A stretch of 64,000 nt of DNA, from positions 1 to 64,000 of the IMG/VR virus record IMGVR_UViG_3300010885_059224; one strand, given 5' to 3'. The DNA is from a virus. Lineage: Duplodnaviria > Caudoviricetes. The notes beneath the pieces were generated by a model that worked only from the letters and a program-made list of their open reading frames with translations, did not search any database and was not told where the DNA came from. Below are positions 10,589 through 19,372 of the stretch, piece by piece (within the stretch, counting starts at the first letter, position 1; each line of letters starts with the position of its first letter). Made by a program: the position numbers and the translations under genes.

Positions 10589-11425
10589 ATGGTCAACCAT
10601 TATGCAACGCTATTGCTAAATCTATCAGGAGTCAATACTCCTGGAGGAGTTAAATCTTATTTTGTAAATAGAGATTATTCCAAATTAGTCTTACCGGTTA
10701 AACTAAAGTCTTTTTACGACATTTTATTTCCGCCGAATACTTCAGATTATCAGAAGCAATTTCTATGCTATAACTACTTACGCCTATTAAACTCCACAAA
10801 TCTATTATCTACAGCAGTGCAGCATGACTCTAGGATTACATACGATCTGGATAGCTTAACCGAGTACTTCAGAACTAATAGAATATCCCAGCCAACGTCA
10901 AACAATCCAAATTATGCCATTCTCGTCTTTGGGAAGTATTCCGCAACAAATAAAAATAATTATTACTACAATTCATTTTCTATAAACCAGATAGGTTCTA
11001 CAAATACTATTTCGGTGTTCTCTGATGTAGATTATGTGTATTTAAAAGGCGGTAATAGGGGAAATTTATTAAATACCGAGCTTACGATAGCTGTAACACA
11101 GTCCCCAAGTTCAAACACAAGTTCCACTGTAATTGCTGTGGGAGACACGGGGCTTTCTTTTAGTATTACAGGACCTATAAGCACATTCAATCAATCTGCA
11201 AACAAAACTTGGAAGTTCGTCGCAGAATCTCCTTTGACATTTAATTTTCCCTTATTATTTAATTCACTATCTACTCAGAATAACGTAGTTGATAGCATGC
11301 TCTCGTACAGCTATCCTGACGCTACAAAAACAAATGAAAATATTTGGGCAGGTCATTTTAACGATATCTATAAGTTTGCAGGATTAATTAACTGCTATGT
11401 AGAAAGAGTGCACGGCTTACTATAA
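10589..11425 (+). CDS. Putative baseplate structural protein
   Basis: 278 aa within the baseplate operon; no specific motif. Confidence 0.4.
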   Translation: MVNHYATLLLNLSGVNTPGGVKSYFVNRDYSKLVLPVKLKSFYDILFPPNTSDYQKQFLCYNYLRLLNSTNLLSTAVQHDSRITYDLDSLTEYFRTNRISQPTSNNPNYAILVFGKYSATNKNNYYYNSFSINQIGSTNTISVFSDVDYVYLKGGNRGNLLNTELTIAVTQSPSSNTSSTVIAVGDTGLSFSITGPISTFNQSANKTWKFVAESPLTFNFPLLFNSLSTQNNVVDSMLSYSYPDATKTNENIWAGHFNDIYKFAGLINCYVERVHGLL

Positions 11426-11432
11426 TAGTTTT

Positions 11433-13115
11433 ATGCCTAAACAATCAGATGTAACATTATCGGTATCTCCTCTTCCTGGAGTAACACCTATAGGAGTTAG
11501 CCTTAACTTTAGTGTGGGAGCTATTCCGGTTTGTGCTGTTGACTTCGCCCCAGCGTATCCGGGACAACCCGCGAAAATAAGCGGAACCGCAGCGGGAATA
11601 TTAACAAATCCAGATCAGTTTAAACGCCAAACACCTATAGAAGTTTCAATTAGTGTTAAGACTACCTCTGGCGCGGGACAAACCACTACACACAGATTAA
11701 ATTGGGAGGGATTATTAGACGGGGTGAGTTTAAGTAATAACGTAGGCAGTAATACTTATCAGGCCGTGCTAAAGGGCAAAGCCCAGACCCTACTAGAGTT
11801 AACTACCCTCACCCCAGGACTAACCCCAACATCTGTAAATATATATAAAAATCCATTCTTCTCTCTGCTTGTCTCCTCTGACGATAAAGACCCTAATGTA
11901 GAAAAAGCATGGGCGAGTCTTGGTTTTTCCGGTGCTTTAAAGTTTGAAGAAAGCCCATTAAAGTTTTACTTAAAATTAATGGAACACCTACTAAAACTTC
12001 AACAGGGAGGTTTTAGTAATTATTTAGGTGACCAGCAATCAGTAATGTCGACCAAGGCGCTGGAGAAGATATATAACGAACAAAGGTATTCTAAAGCCAT
12101 ACAAACAGGGATTGAATTACTAAAAAAAATAGATACCTCCGCAGTGGACGGCGGGTCTTTAGGTTCAATGACAACCTCATATCAAGGAGCGTCAGCAAAG
12201 ATAAAAGAATACTTTTTCAGGGGGTCAAATGTACTTCTAGAAAATCTAATGAACTTTTTAAGTTTTTTGGGGTGTACCCTAGTCTTTGGGAATAACAAAA
12301 TTTTTGTAGTCCCGGAGAGATCATTTATTTTACAGACACACGAGGTGCCTGGTATAAAATCCCAGTCCGACAGACCTAATGTGGCTTACCCGGCAGATTA
12401 CAACGGATACTCATACACTGACAATGGTTATAGAGATATTTACGCGGTGATACTCGCGAACAAACTACCATTGAATGGATCAGAGTATATTAATCTTCCC
12501 CATGACCCTGGGCTCGTTGGGTACTACAAAGATAAAAATGAATTAACAAAAGCCTCTGGTGTTTTAGTAGTTCAGGAGCATCCATTTTCATTATTCTACT
12601 CCACAACACATAACAACCCCCGTGATTCGCATGAGTTAAAACAAAAAGCTGATCAGGGAAAAGAAACCTCATATTATGACAAGCCGCACAAGTGGAGAGG
12701 TAACGAAGAACAAGAAAATCAACAAAAGAGAGCAGAAGAAAAACAAAAAAACTACACTCAGATAGTTTCGCCTGTGCTTGAAAATTATGCCCAGATTAAA
12801 TTTTATCAAGCCAGATATGGAGATAGAAAGGGCAGCATAACACTATCTTTTAACCCGAACTGGGTTCCTGGAGCTAGCGGTACTTTATTCGTGAGAGAAA
12901 CAAAGTTTAATTTAGACTTCTGGGTAGAGAGTGTTACCCATAGGGTAGACATGACACCTCCAGCGGGCGGCTCCGCAATGACAATAGTTAATTTTTGCTG
13001 CGGCAGGATGGGCACAAGTCCTGTGGGTGTTAGCGAAGACGGGTTTACAGGGTACAATAAAGGAAAAGAATCCTCCTTTAAAACATCTTTTATTCAAGAT
13101 ATAAGAGCTATTTAA
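11433..13115 (+). CDS. Baseplate hub protein (gp27/gpD-like)
   Basis: C-terminal GSITLSFNPNWVPG ... FWVESVTHRVD pattern typical of hub proteins; operon position. Confidence 0.55.
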   Translation: MPKQSDVTLSVSPLPGVTPIGVSLNFSVGAIPVCAVDFAPAYPGQPAKISGTAAGILTNPDQFKRQTPIEVSISVKTTSGAGQTTTHRLNWEGLLDGVSLSNNVGSNTYQAVLKGKAQTLLELTTLTPGLTPTSVNIYKNPFFSLLVSSDDKDPNVEKAWASLGFSGALKFEESPLKFYLKLMEHLLKLQQGGFSNYLGDQQSVMSTKALEKIYNEQRYSKAIQTGIELLKKIDTSAVDGGSLGSMTTSYQGASAKIKEYFFRGSNVLLENLMNFLSFLGCTLVFGNNKIFVVPERSFILQTHEVPGIKSQSDRPNVAYPADYNGYSYTDNGYRDIYAVILANKLPLNGSEYINLPHDPGLVGYYKDKNELTKASGVLVVQEHPFSLFYSTTHNNPRDSHELKQKADQGKETSYYDKPHKWRGNEEQENQQKRAEEKQKNYTQIVSPVLENYAQIKFYQARYGDRKGSITLSFNPNWVPGASGTLFVRETKFNLDFWVESVTHRVDMTPPAGGSAMTIVNFCCGRMGTSPVGVSEDGFTGYNKGKESSFKTSFIQDIRAI

Positions 13116-13118
13116 AAT

Positions 13119-13754
13119 ATGAATAACACAGACATAAACAAATTATTAGTAGAACATAGAAAATTAATAGACTCTGAAGCTAAAAAGTATTCTACTAATA
13201 TTCCTTTTATTACGGCTCAAATAGAAGCGCATAAATTGGCAAGGCAGGCTGCAGAGTCGTATGCACCCACTACAGGCAAGTTCAGTACCCATCTAGTGAA
13301 TAACCTTAAAAAGTTATCTAGGTTATCTACACAATATGGTAGCTCTGTCAGACTCCCAGAAAATACTCAATTTGGAATAAATAAATTAAATAACCTGGAA
13401 AAACAGCTAGAGAGCGAATTTGGTCGTCCTCCTACTGCAGAAGAATTAGCGGATAATTCAGGTATGGGTATAAAAACGGTTAATAGCTTACTTAAAAACA
13501 GAAAGTCTATAATTTCTTTTACAAATATGTTAAACACCCCCACAATAATGGATAGCTCGAACGACGAATGGGCAACCTTCGTATATCACGACCTTGTACC
13601 AAAAGATAAACTGATATTCGAACATATGACTGGATTTGGCGGTAAGCCAGTTCTAGACACACCAGGTATATCTAAAAAGCTAAAAATTTCAGAACCTCAA
13701 GTAAACCAGAGGATAAAAATAATAAGTGATATGCTTAATAAAGGATGGAAATAA
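13119..13754 (+). CDS. Sigma70-family (group 3, FliA/SigF-like) RNA polymerase sigma factor
   Basis: Region 2 (GKFSTHL..SSVRLPE), region 3 (LESEFGRPPTAEELAD) and region 4 HTH (ISKKLKISEPQVNQR). Confidence 0.8.
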   Translation: MNNTDINKLLVEHRKLIDSEAKKYSTNIPFITAQIEAHKLARQAAESYAPTTGKFSTHLVNNLKKLSRLSTQYGSSVRLPENTQFGINKLNNLEKQLESEFGRPPTAEELADNSGMGIKTVNSLLKNRKSIISFTNMLNTPTIMDSSNDEWATFVYHDLVPKDKLIFEHMTGFGGKPVLDTPGISKKLKISEPQVNQRIKIISDMLNKGWK

Positions 13755-13755
13755 T

Positions 13756-14169
13756 ATGATCGCAGATACTTTAGAAAAACTAGTTGAAAAAATTAAAGAC
13801 TGGCTGGAAACTGACGCCCCGACTTCTATGTATCAATCAGGGCAACCAAGAAAATGGTTTTTATCTTCTGTGAAATACAAAGATACTTTGAAGATGGAAG
13901 ATATGCGAAAAGCCACAGATAGAGAAAAATTAAACAGCGAATATAAAACTAGGTTTGAAGAAAACGATCCAAAGTCTAGAAAAGGTATATCCGCCCTAAA
14001 GTTAGAAATTAGCCAGTTATACTCATTTAATAGATGTCTTATTCAAAGATACCAACCCAGGCTGCAATATTATCGTGCAGATTTATCTCAAAAAGGGGCA
14101 AGAAACATATATAACTCTTGGCAGTCTATCGCAGTATTCTTGAAGTTTAAACAAAAGTTAGACGTATAA
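13756..14169 (+). CDS. Hypothetical protein (137 aa)
   Basis: ATG immediately after the sigma stop codon, preferred over the GTG at 13726. Confidence 0.6.
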   Translation: MIADTLEKLVEKIKDWLETDAPTSMYQSGQPRKWFLSSVKYKDTLKMEDMRKATDREKLNSEYKTRFEENDPKSRKGISALKLEISQLYSFNRCLIQRYQPRLQYYRADLSQKGARNIYNSWQSIAVFLKFKQKLDV

Positions 14170-14170
14170 T

Positions 14171-14650
14171 ATGGCTATTTCTGGAATCTCCACAAGCTAT
14201 TCAGGCAGAACTGTAGATGTTAGCATTTTGCGTACACCTAACCCTAAAGCTATAACACCAACTGCGGTAGCCCCTGTTTTTGGTAACCCATCGCAGCTAT
14301 GTGCCGGAACTCAAAAGTTGGTGCAGCGCTACACTATAATACTGTTGAGTAATACTAATTCCCAGCCCGGCTACCCAGACTTTGGTACGGCCTTTTTAAA
14401 AACGCTAAACCAGGGCTTGTCTCCCGTTGATGCAATTGGTGCTCGTCAGATATTCTCGTTGGCGGACTACAATGCAGTTAATGTTATACAAAGATATCAA
14501 ATAACAAACCCAACTATCCCCCTGGACGAGCAACTAGAGAGTACTGAGTTATTAGACCTTACACTATACGCAGGATCTATTAGTTTTTCTGTAAAGTTAA
14601 CAACATTGGCTGGAGATGCAGCTAACTTTCTGTTACCCTTACCTATATAA
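14171..14650 (+). CDS. Baseplate wedge gp25-like protein
   Basis: GTQKLVQRYTIILLS...PDFGT motif; precedes the J-like gene. Confidence 0.65.
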   Translation: MAISGISTSYSGRTVDVSILRTPNPKAITPTAVAPVFGNPSQLCAGTQKLVQRYTIILLSNTNSQPGYPDFGTAFLKTLNQGLSPVDAIGARQIFSLADYNAVNVIQRYQITNPTIPLDEQLESTELLDLTLYAGSISFSVKLTTLAGDAANFLLPLPI

Positions 14651-14652
14651 TT

Positions 14653-16269
14653 ATGAGTGAATTAATACAAGATACCGCCAATAGGATTACTAAATTCATA
14701 TCCGAAAACTATAGCAACGCAGACACCGCACCAGGCTCTGTCATTAGCGAGCTAGTTGTAAAGCTGGCTGCCTCTGTTCAAAATGAGCAATATAACACGA
14801 TTGCCACCCTTTCTCAGTCCTCTGCGATTAGTCAGGCATTGGCGAGCACTACTGATACATATAGCCCCATCGTGGATCTGATTGCCTCTAACTATAATAC
14901 AGAGCGTAACAAAGGAACATACTCTACAGGCAATATTCAGGTATATGTTTCTTACTTTGGGAATTACGCAGTTCCGAACACGCTTTCATTTATTCAACCC
15001 ACACTAGGGCTCACATATAATGTTACTGAGTTATTCAGAATTTCCCCCACACCTAACACAGCATTAGGAGAGCTTCAGTTATATACTGAGGGAGAAAAAT
15101 ACTATTTTATTTTACCAGTGGTCGCAACGGAAGTTGGGTATAATTCGCAAGTCTCTTCCGGCACCACATTCTCGTTAACTGAAACAGGGGCAACAATAAC
15201 CAACTTTGTGTCTGCTCAAGCTTATGGTAATTTTACATCTGCGTTACCAGAGCAAACAGATAAACAGTTGATTTCTAGGTTTAAAAACACACTAGGAAGT
15301 ACTAGGTTTGAATCTCCTGCAGGTATTCAAAATAGACTCTCTAATATTTATCCTACGTTTCAAACGCTGTCTGTTTGTGGGGCTAACAATATAGAAATGA
15401 CCAGGTCTAAAAATAACGCTATGGGTATTTCTACATTTGGCATGGCTGATGTGTACGTCAGAAATTGTGTAGGTGCGGAAACGTATAGCGCCACAGTAGT
15501 GGGAAAGAAAACAGCAGACAAAACATGGGTTTTAAACCTCGATAATAGCTATTGCGCCGGATTCTACAGAGTATTTTCTATAATTCCAGACTCGGCCCAG
15601 TTAACAGGAGGTACATTCCCAATTACTGATGTTACATATGGTTATAGGACATTTGAATCAGGAATAAACAACGTAATCAATAGCTATAGGGATGCCCGCT
15701 TTACAAAGTACCAAACTGCCAAAGTTACGTTTACATACGACGAATCCCCTACGCTACCTATAGGAACAACCGCAAATTTTGTGGTTTCCACATACTATCA
15801 ACCACATATAGGAGATATCCAAGATCTGGTAACCTCTAGTGCTGAAAGGTTGGCCTGCGCAGATTATCTCGTTAAAGCTGCCCTTCCATGTTTTGTGGTG
15901 TTAGATCTAACCTTAGCAAAAGCCAACCCCAACGATAATTATACATCGCTTAATATAAATCAGCTTAAACAAGATTTGTTTACATATATAAACACAATAC
16001 CGTTCGGAGAAACAGTTCATGCATCTAAAATAGTAACGATCTGCCATAACTATAATATCTCAAGAGTAGAGCTACCGATCAATATGACGGGTAATATTCT
16101 TTGTAATGATGGCACTTCTTTAACAATTAAAGGAAACGACTATCTAGAGATCCCAACAAATATACCGCTTGGAGTTTCCCCTAAAACAACACAGTTTTTT
16201 ATAAATTACTACGATACTTCGGTTGGTGGTACGAACGTTGTTGATAACATAGGTGTAACGTTAATCTAA
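14653..16269 (+). CDS. Baseplate J / gp6-like wedge protein
   Basis: DTAPGSVISELVV N-terminus, V.ATEVG..EQTDKQLISR, GMADVYV. Confidence 0.75.
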   Translation: MSELIQDTANRITKFISENYSNADTAPGSVISELVVKLAASVQNEQYNTIATLSQSSAISQALASTTDTYSPIVDLIASNYNTERNKGTYSTGNIQVYVSYFGNYAVPNTLSFIQPTLGLTYNVTELFRISPTPNTALGELQLYTEGEKYYFILPVVATEVGYNSQVSSGTTFSLTETGATITNFVSAQAYGNFTSALPEQTDKQLISRFKNTLGSTRFESPAGIQNRLSNIYPTFQTLSVCGANNIEMTRSKNNAMGISTFGMADVYVRNCVGAETYSATVVGKKTADKTWVLNLDNSYCAGFYRVFSIIPDSAQLTGGTFPITDVTYGYRTFESGINNVINSYRDARFTKYQTAKVTFTYDESPTLPIGTTANFVVSTYYQPHIGDIQDLVTSSAERLACADYLVKAALPCFVVLDLTLAKANPNDNYTSLNINQLKQDLFTYINTIPFGETVHASKIVTICHNYNISRVELPINMTGNILCNDGTSLTIKGNDYLEIPTNIPLGVSPKTTQFFINYYDTSVGGTNVVDNIGVTLI

Positions 16270-18779
16270 TGGACTTAGGGTTTTTATCTTCTTCATATCC
16301 TGCCGGAGATTATACAAATAGAGATAATTTGTTTATGTCTCTTGGGTCGTTTTGGACTCAGGTATTTCAAGAGCAGGGAACACTCAGGGGATATACCCTA
16401 GCCATGGCTGAAGAACTTATTCAGAGTTATTATAACTTAATAGATATCTTAAACTCATATTCAGTTAAAGATGTACCTGTACTAGCGAGAACCAAGTGGC
16501 AACCACTTGTTATAAAAAAATCAGAGTTTAACCATGTACCTATTCAGTTTGCCCCTGCCTCTGTGGTTTTTGGTGCTCAGCCGGCTAGTGACTCTTATTA
16601 CGCTGGGCAAACATTCCTTTTTGGAAAAGCTAAAACACCATTTTCTTGGGTTTACAGTCTAGCACCCAATACTCCCCTGAGAAAGTTTTCCGTGGTTGCT
16701 GATCGTGTGATTGGTCCCAAAGCTATATATGTTAACGGAGTGGATGTAATAATAGATCCATCTAATGTATTATATTTTAATTCAGACCCATTCCAAAACT
16801 CAAGTATACCTAGAGCGGCGATAATAAATGATAATGGTACCCCTGCAACATTTGTTGATAATAATGGCGATAAACATAACGATGAATTAATTATTCTTTG
16901 GTGCTACAACGCGGAGAATGACAAAAATTATCTATACGATAACTTCGGTATACTATTTGATTTTAAATTACCTTCATCAGAAAAATACAAAGCCATGCTC
17001 CAGGGCGTGTTTAACTTGTTTGTCTCGGGTCCTACCGTCAATGCGATTAAATCCGTTATGGCTGCGTTTACTGGGGTTACCCCTGTTGTAAATACACAAG
17101 AAACCATACAGGACGTTTATTCTGATAACATTTATAAATACGTAATTACGGATAAAGAAGTTTATCGGTTCGACAAAGACCAAAATTTAATGCCTGGAGT
17201 TAAGGCTGGTAAAGTCGTATACGGTGGTGAAATTCTTGTGGACGTCGTGCAATATTATGACGCATTAATAAAACCTAATTGGTGGAGCTCTGTTTCAAGT
17301 GCTCCGCAAGTTGGACTATCTACTCATATATTCCTAGGGGATTATAAACATCAACTGTTTTTCTCCACCTCAACAAGTCTAGTAACTTTAGATGCGAAAG
17401 GAAAAATAGTTTTTCCTGTACTGGGTACCCCTGGGGATGTTTTGGAGTTTAATAAGTTTATTAACCGTCCAGAAAACATAAACGCTAATAAAAAAGCGCT
17501 AGGTTTAAAAAATCCAGGAAACACAGCAGTTATTGTACCCGCGGATTTTATATTTAATAATTTTATTAAAAATAACACAGCACTGCTTAAATTTAATTTT
17601 TACAGTCCTGCGGATGTTTCTACATTTTTTAGCTATTATCCATTACTTCAAAAATACCTACCAGCCCATATATACACATTGTTGTATGTAAATTTAAATT
17701 TGTCTGCTGACGTTTATGGCAATATGAATTCAAGATACTCGATCCCGGCTCTTCCTGGAGTTTCTCTAAGTGTAGATGGATCTAACTCAGACGGAACCAG
17801 ACCCACAACTGGGGTCGGAGATTCTAACTATTACAAGGACTATAAGAGCAGGCTTTTTTCACTAAGTAAAACACCTAGCACATCAAATGCGGGTATAGTG
17901 CAAACTTCAACACTGAATGGCACTAACCAGTTTTTTAGCATACCTAATAATTCTACTATTGTACCTAGCGGAAGCTTTACATTCGCGGGATGGTTCAACG
18001 CGACCTCAACCGGAACCGGTATTGTTAGTATTATAGGTGGGGGAGGAAGTAATAATTATTTCATTAGAACTAGGTCTAATAATCTACGTATTGATCTTTA
18101 TGATAGTGCAAGTACGTATCAACAGGCATCTACTCCTGTAGGCTCGGTCGTTACAGGCAACTGGTACTTTTTCGCTGCAGGTTTTAATTCTTCTACTAGA
18201 GTAGGATTTATATCTCTTAATAATGGGGCTGTTGTTAGTACACCTCAGCTATCAACATCTTCGGTTTACTATAACCTCTCCGCACCTGGCACATTTACAA
18301 TAGGTTCAGCTTTTGGTGGAGCTGCCCAGGCATGGCCAGGAACAATATCCTCTATAGGTTATTGGAATACTGTGCTTACAGCTAATCAAATCACCGCATT
18401 ATATAATAATGGTACAGGATTAACTTTATCCCCCGCATTAGCTGCGGGGTTGGGTCAAAACCTAGTCTCATGGTGGGAGTTGGACGATGCAGCAGGGTCT
18501 ACAAGTTATATTGATTCTGCTCCGTATGTTTCAGGGGTATCAGGAAATAATCATTTAACTGCAAATAATGGGCCTTTTGTAACCTCCTCAAGAAGTACAA
18601 AGATAGCTATTCCACTACACTCAGCGAGTAGCTTAGATCAGTTTACACTAACAAATACCCAAAGAACTGCTGGTATTCCTAGGGCATTTGATGGTAAAGT
18701 TTTTACAAGTATTCCAGCCACTAATCCGCCTCCAACAAATGCCACAGTTCCTACTGTGTTATTGATAGACTTTTCATAG
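16269..18779 (+). CDS. Baseplate wedge protein (gp7/gpI-like) with inserted LamG/ConA-like domain
   Basis: Follows the J-like gene; GPTVNAIK and KYLPAH motifs; LamG-like segment FTFAGWF...GNWYFFAAGF...TVLTANQITALYN. Confidence 0.6.
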   Translation: MDLGFLSSSYPAGDYTNRDNLFMSLGSFWTQVFQEQGTLRGYTLAMAEELIQSYYNLIDILNSYSVKDVPVLARTKWQPLVIKKSEFNHVPIQFAPASVVFGAQPASDSYYAGQTFLFGKAKTPFSWVYSLAPNTPLRKFSVVADRVIGPKAIYVNGVDVIIDPSNVLYFNSDPFQNSSIPRAAIINDNGTPATFVDNNGDKHNDELIILWCYNAENDKNYLYDNFGILFDFKLPSSEKYKAMLQGVFNLFVSGPTVNAIKSVMAAFTGVTPVVNTQETIQDVYSDNIYKYVITDKEVYRFDKDQNLMPGVKAGKVVYGGEILVDVVQYYDALIKPNWWSSVSSAPQVGLSTHIFLGDYKHQLFFSTSTSLVTLDAKGKIVFPVLGTPGDVLEFNKFINRPENINANKKALGLKNPGNTAVIVPADFIFNNFIKNNTALLKFNFYSPADVSTFFSYYPLLQKYLPAHIYTLLYVNLNLSADVYGNMNSRYSIPALPGVSLSVDGSNSDGTRPTTGVGDSNYYKDYKSRLFSLSKTPSTSNAGIVQTSTLNGTNQFFSIPNNSTIVPSGSFTFAGWFNATSTGTGIVSIIGGGGSNNYFIRTRSNNLRIDLYDSASTYQQASTPVGSVVTGNWYFFAAGFNSSTRVGFISLNNGAVVSTPQLSTSSVYYNLSAPGTFTIGSAFGGAAQAWPGTISSIGYWNTVLTANQITALYNNGTGLTLSPALAAGLGQNLVSWWELDDAAGSTSYIDSAPYVSGVSGNNHLTANNGPFVTSSRSTKIAIPLHSASSLDQFTLTNTQRTAGIPRAFDGKVFTSIPATNPPPTNATVPTVLLIDFS

Positions 18780-18801
18780 CCTTAAAGTATAATAAGAAAA
18801 T

Positions 18802-19365
18802 ATGGGATCCCTAGAAAAAAATAATTTAAACAAGTCAATATCTGGCTTTGTGAAGATTTGGAAATCCTGTCCAGTCACAGGGGAATCTGAATTAGTAGTA
18901 GACCAACCTAATCTAGTTTTATACGGTGGAGCCACAGTTATGGCTAATGCATTAGCGGGTGTGCCCAATGCTGGTATCTGGGGTATGTACATAGGCTACA
19001 ATAACAGCTCGTCGTTCACCCCGCCAACCATAGATGTAGCTTATTCTCAGCCATTTGCGGGGTTTACAGCACCATTCGGGTATCTTAGAGAGCCTTTAAC
19101 GTTCACCCCAACCTATCTTTCAGACCCTAATTATAAGAATAATACGGTTTTATTCAGCACAATGATCACATCTTCGTCTGCTGCCGCTGGTGCTCAATTT
19201 TTAGGTGGTTCTAGTAATATTTATGAGGTGGCCTTGGTTAGTGCCCCTAATCCTACAAATTTAGCTACTGATATAGTTTTTTCTAGAACATCTTTTAATA
19301 AAGTAAATTACGATTCTACATTTAACTTTACAGTGACCTGGGGAATTAAATTCCTCGTAAACTAA
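18802..19365 (+). CDS. Baseplate / tail-fibre attachment protein
   Basis: NLVLYGG..IYEVAL..FSR..FTVTWGIKF pattern seen in baseplate-fibre connectors. Confidence 0.45.
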   Translation: MGSLEKNNLNKSISGFVKIWKSCPVTGESELVVDQPNLVLYGGATVMANALAGVPNAGIWGMYIGYNNSSSFTPPTIDVAYSQPFAGFTAPFGYLREPLTFTPTYLSDPNYKNNTVLFSTMITSSSAAAGAQFLGGSSNIYEVALVSAPNPTNLATDIVFSRTSFNKVNYDSTFNFTVTWGIKFLVN

Positions 19366-19372
19366 AATAGCC

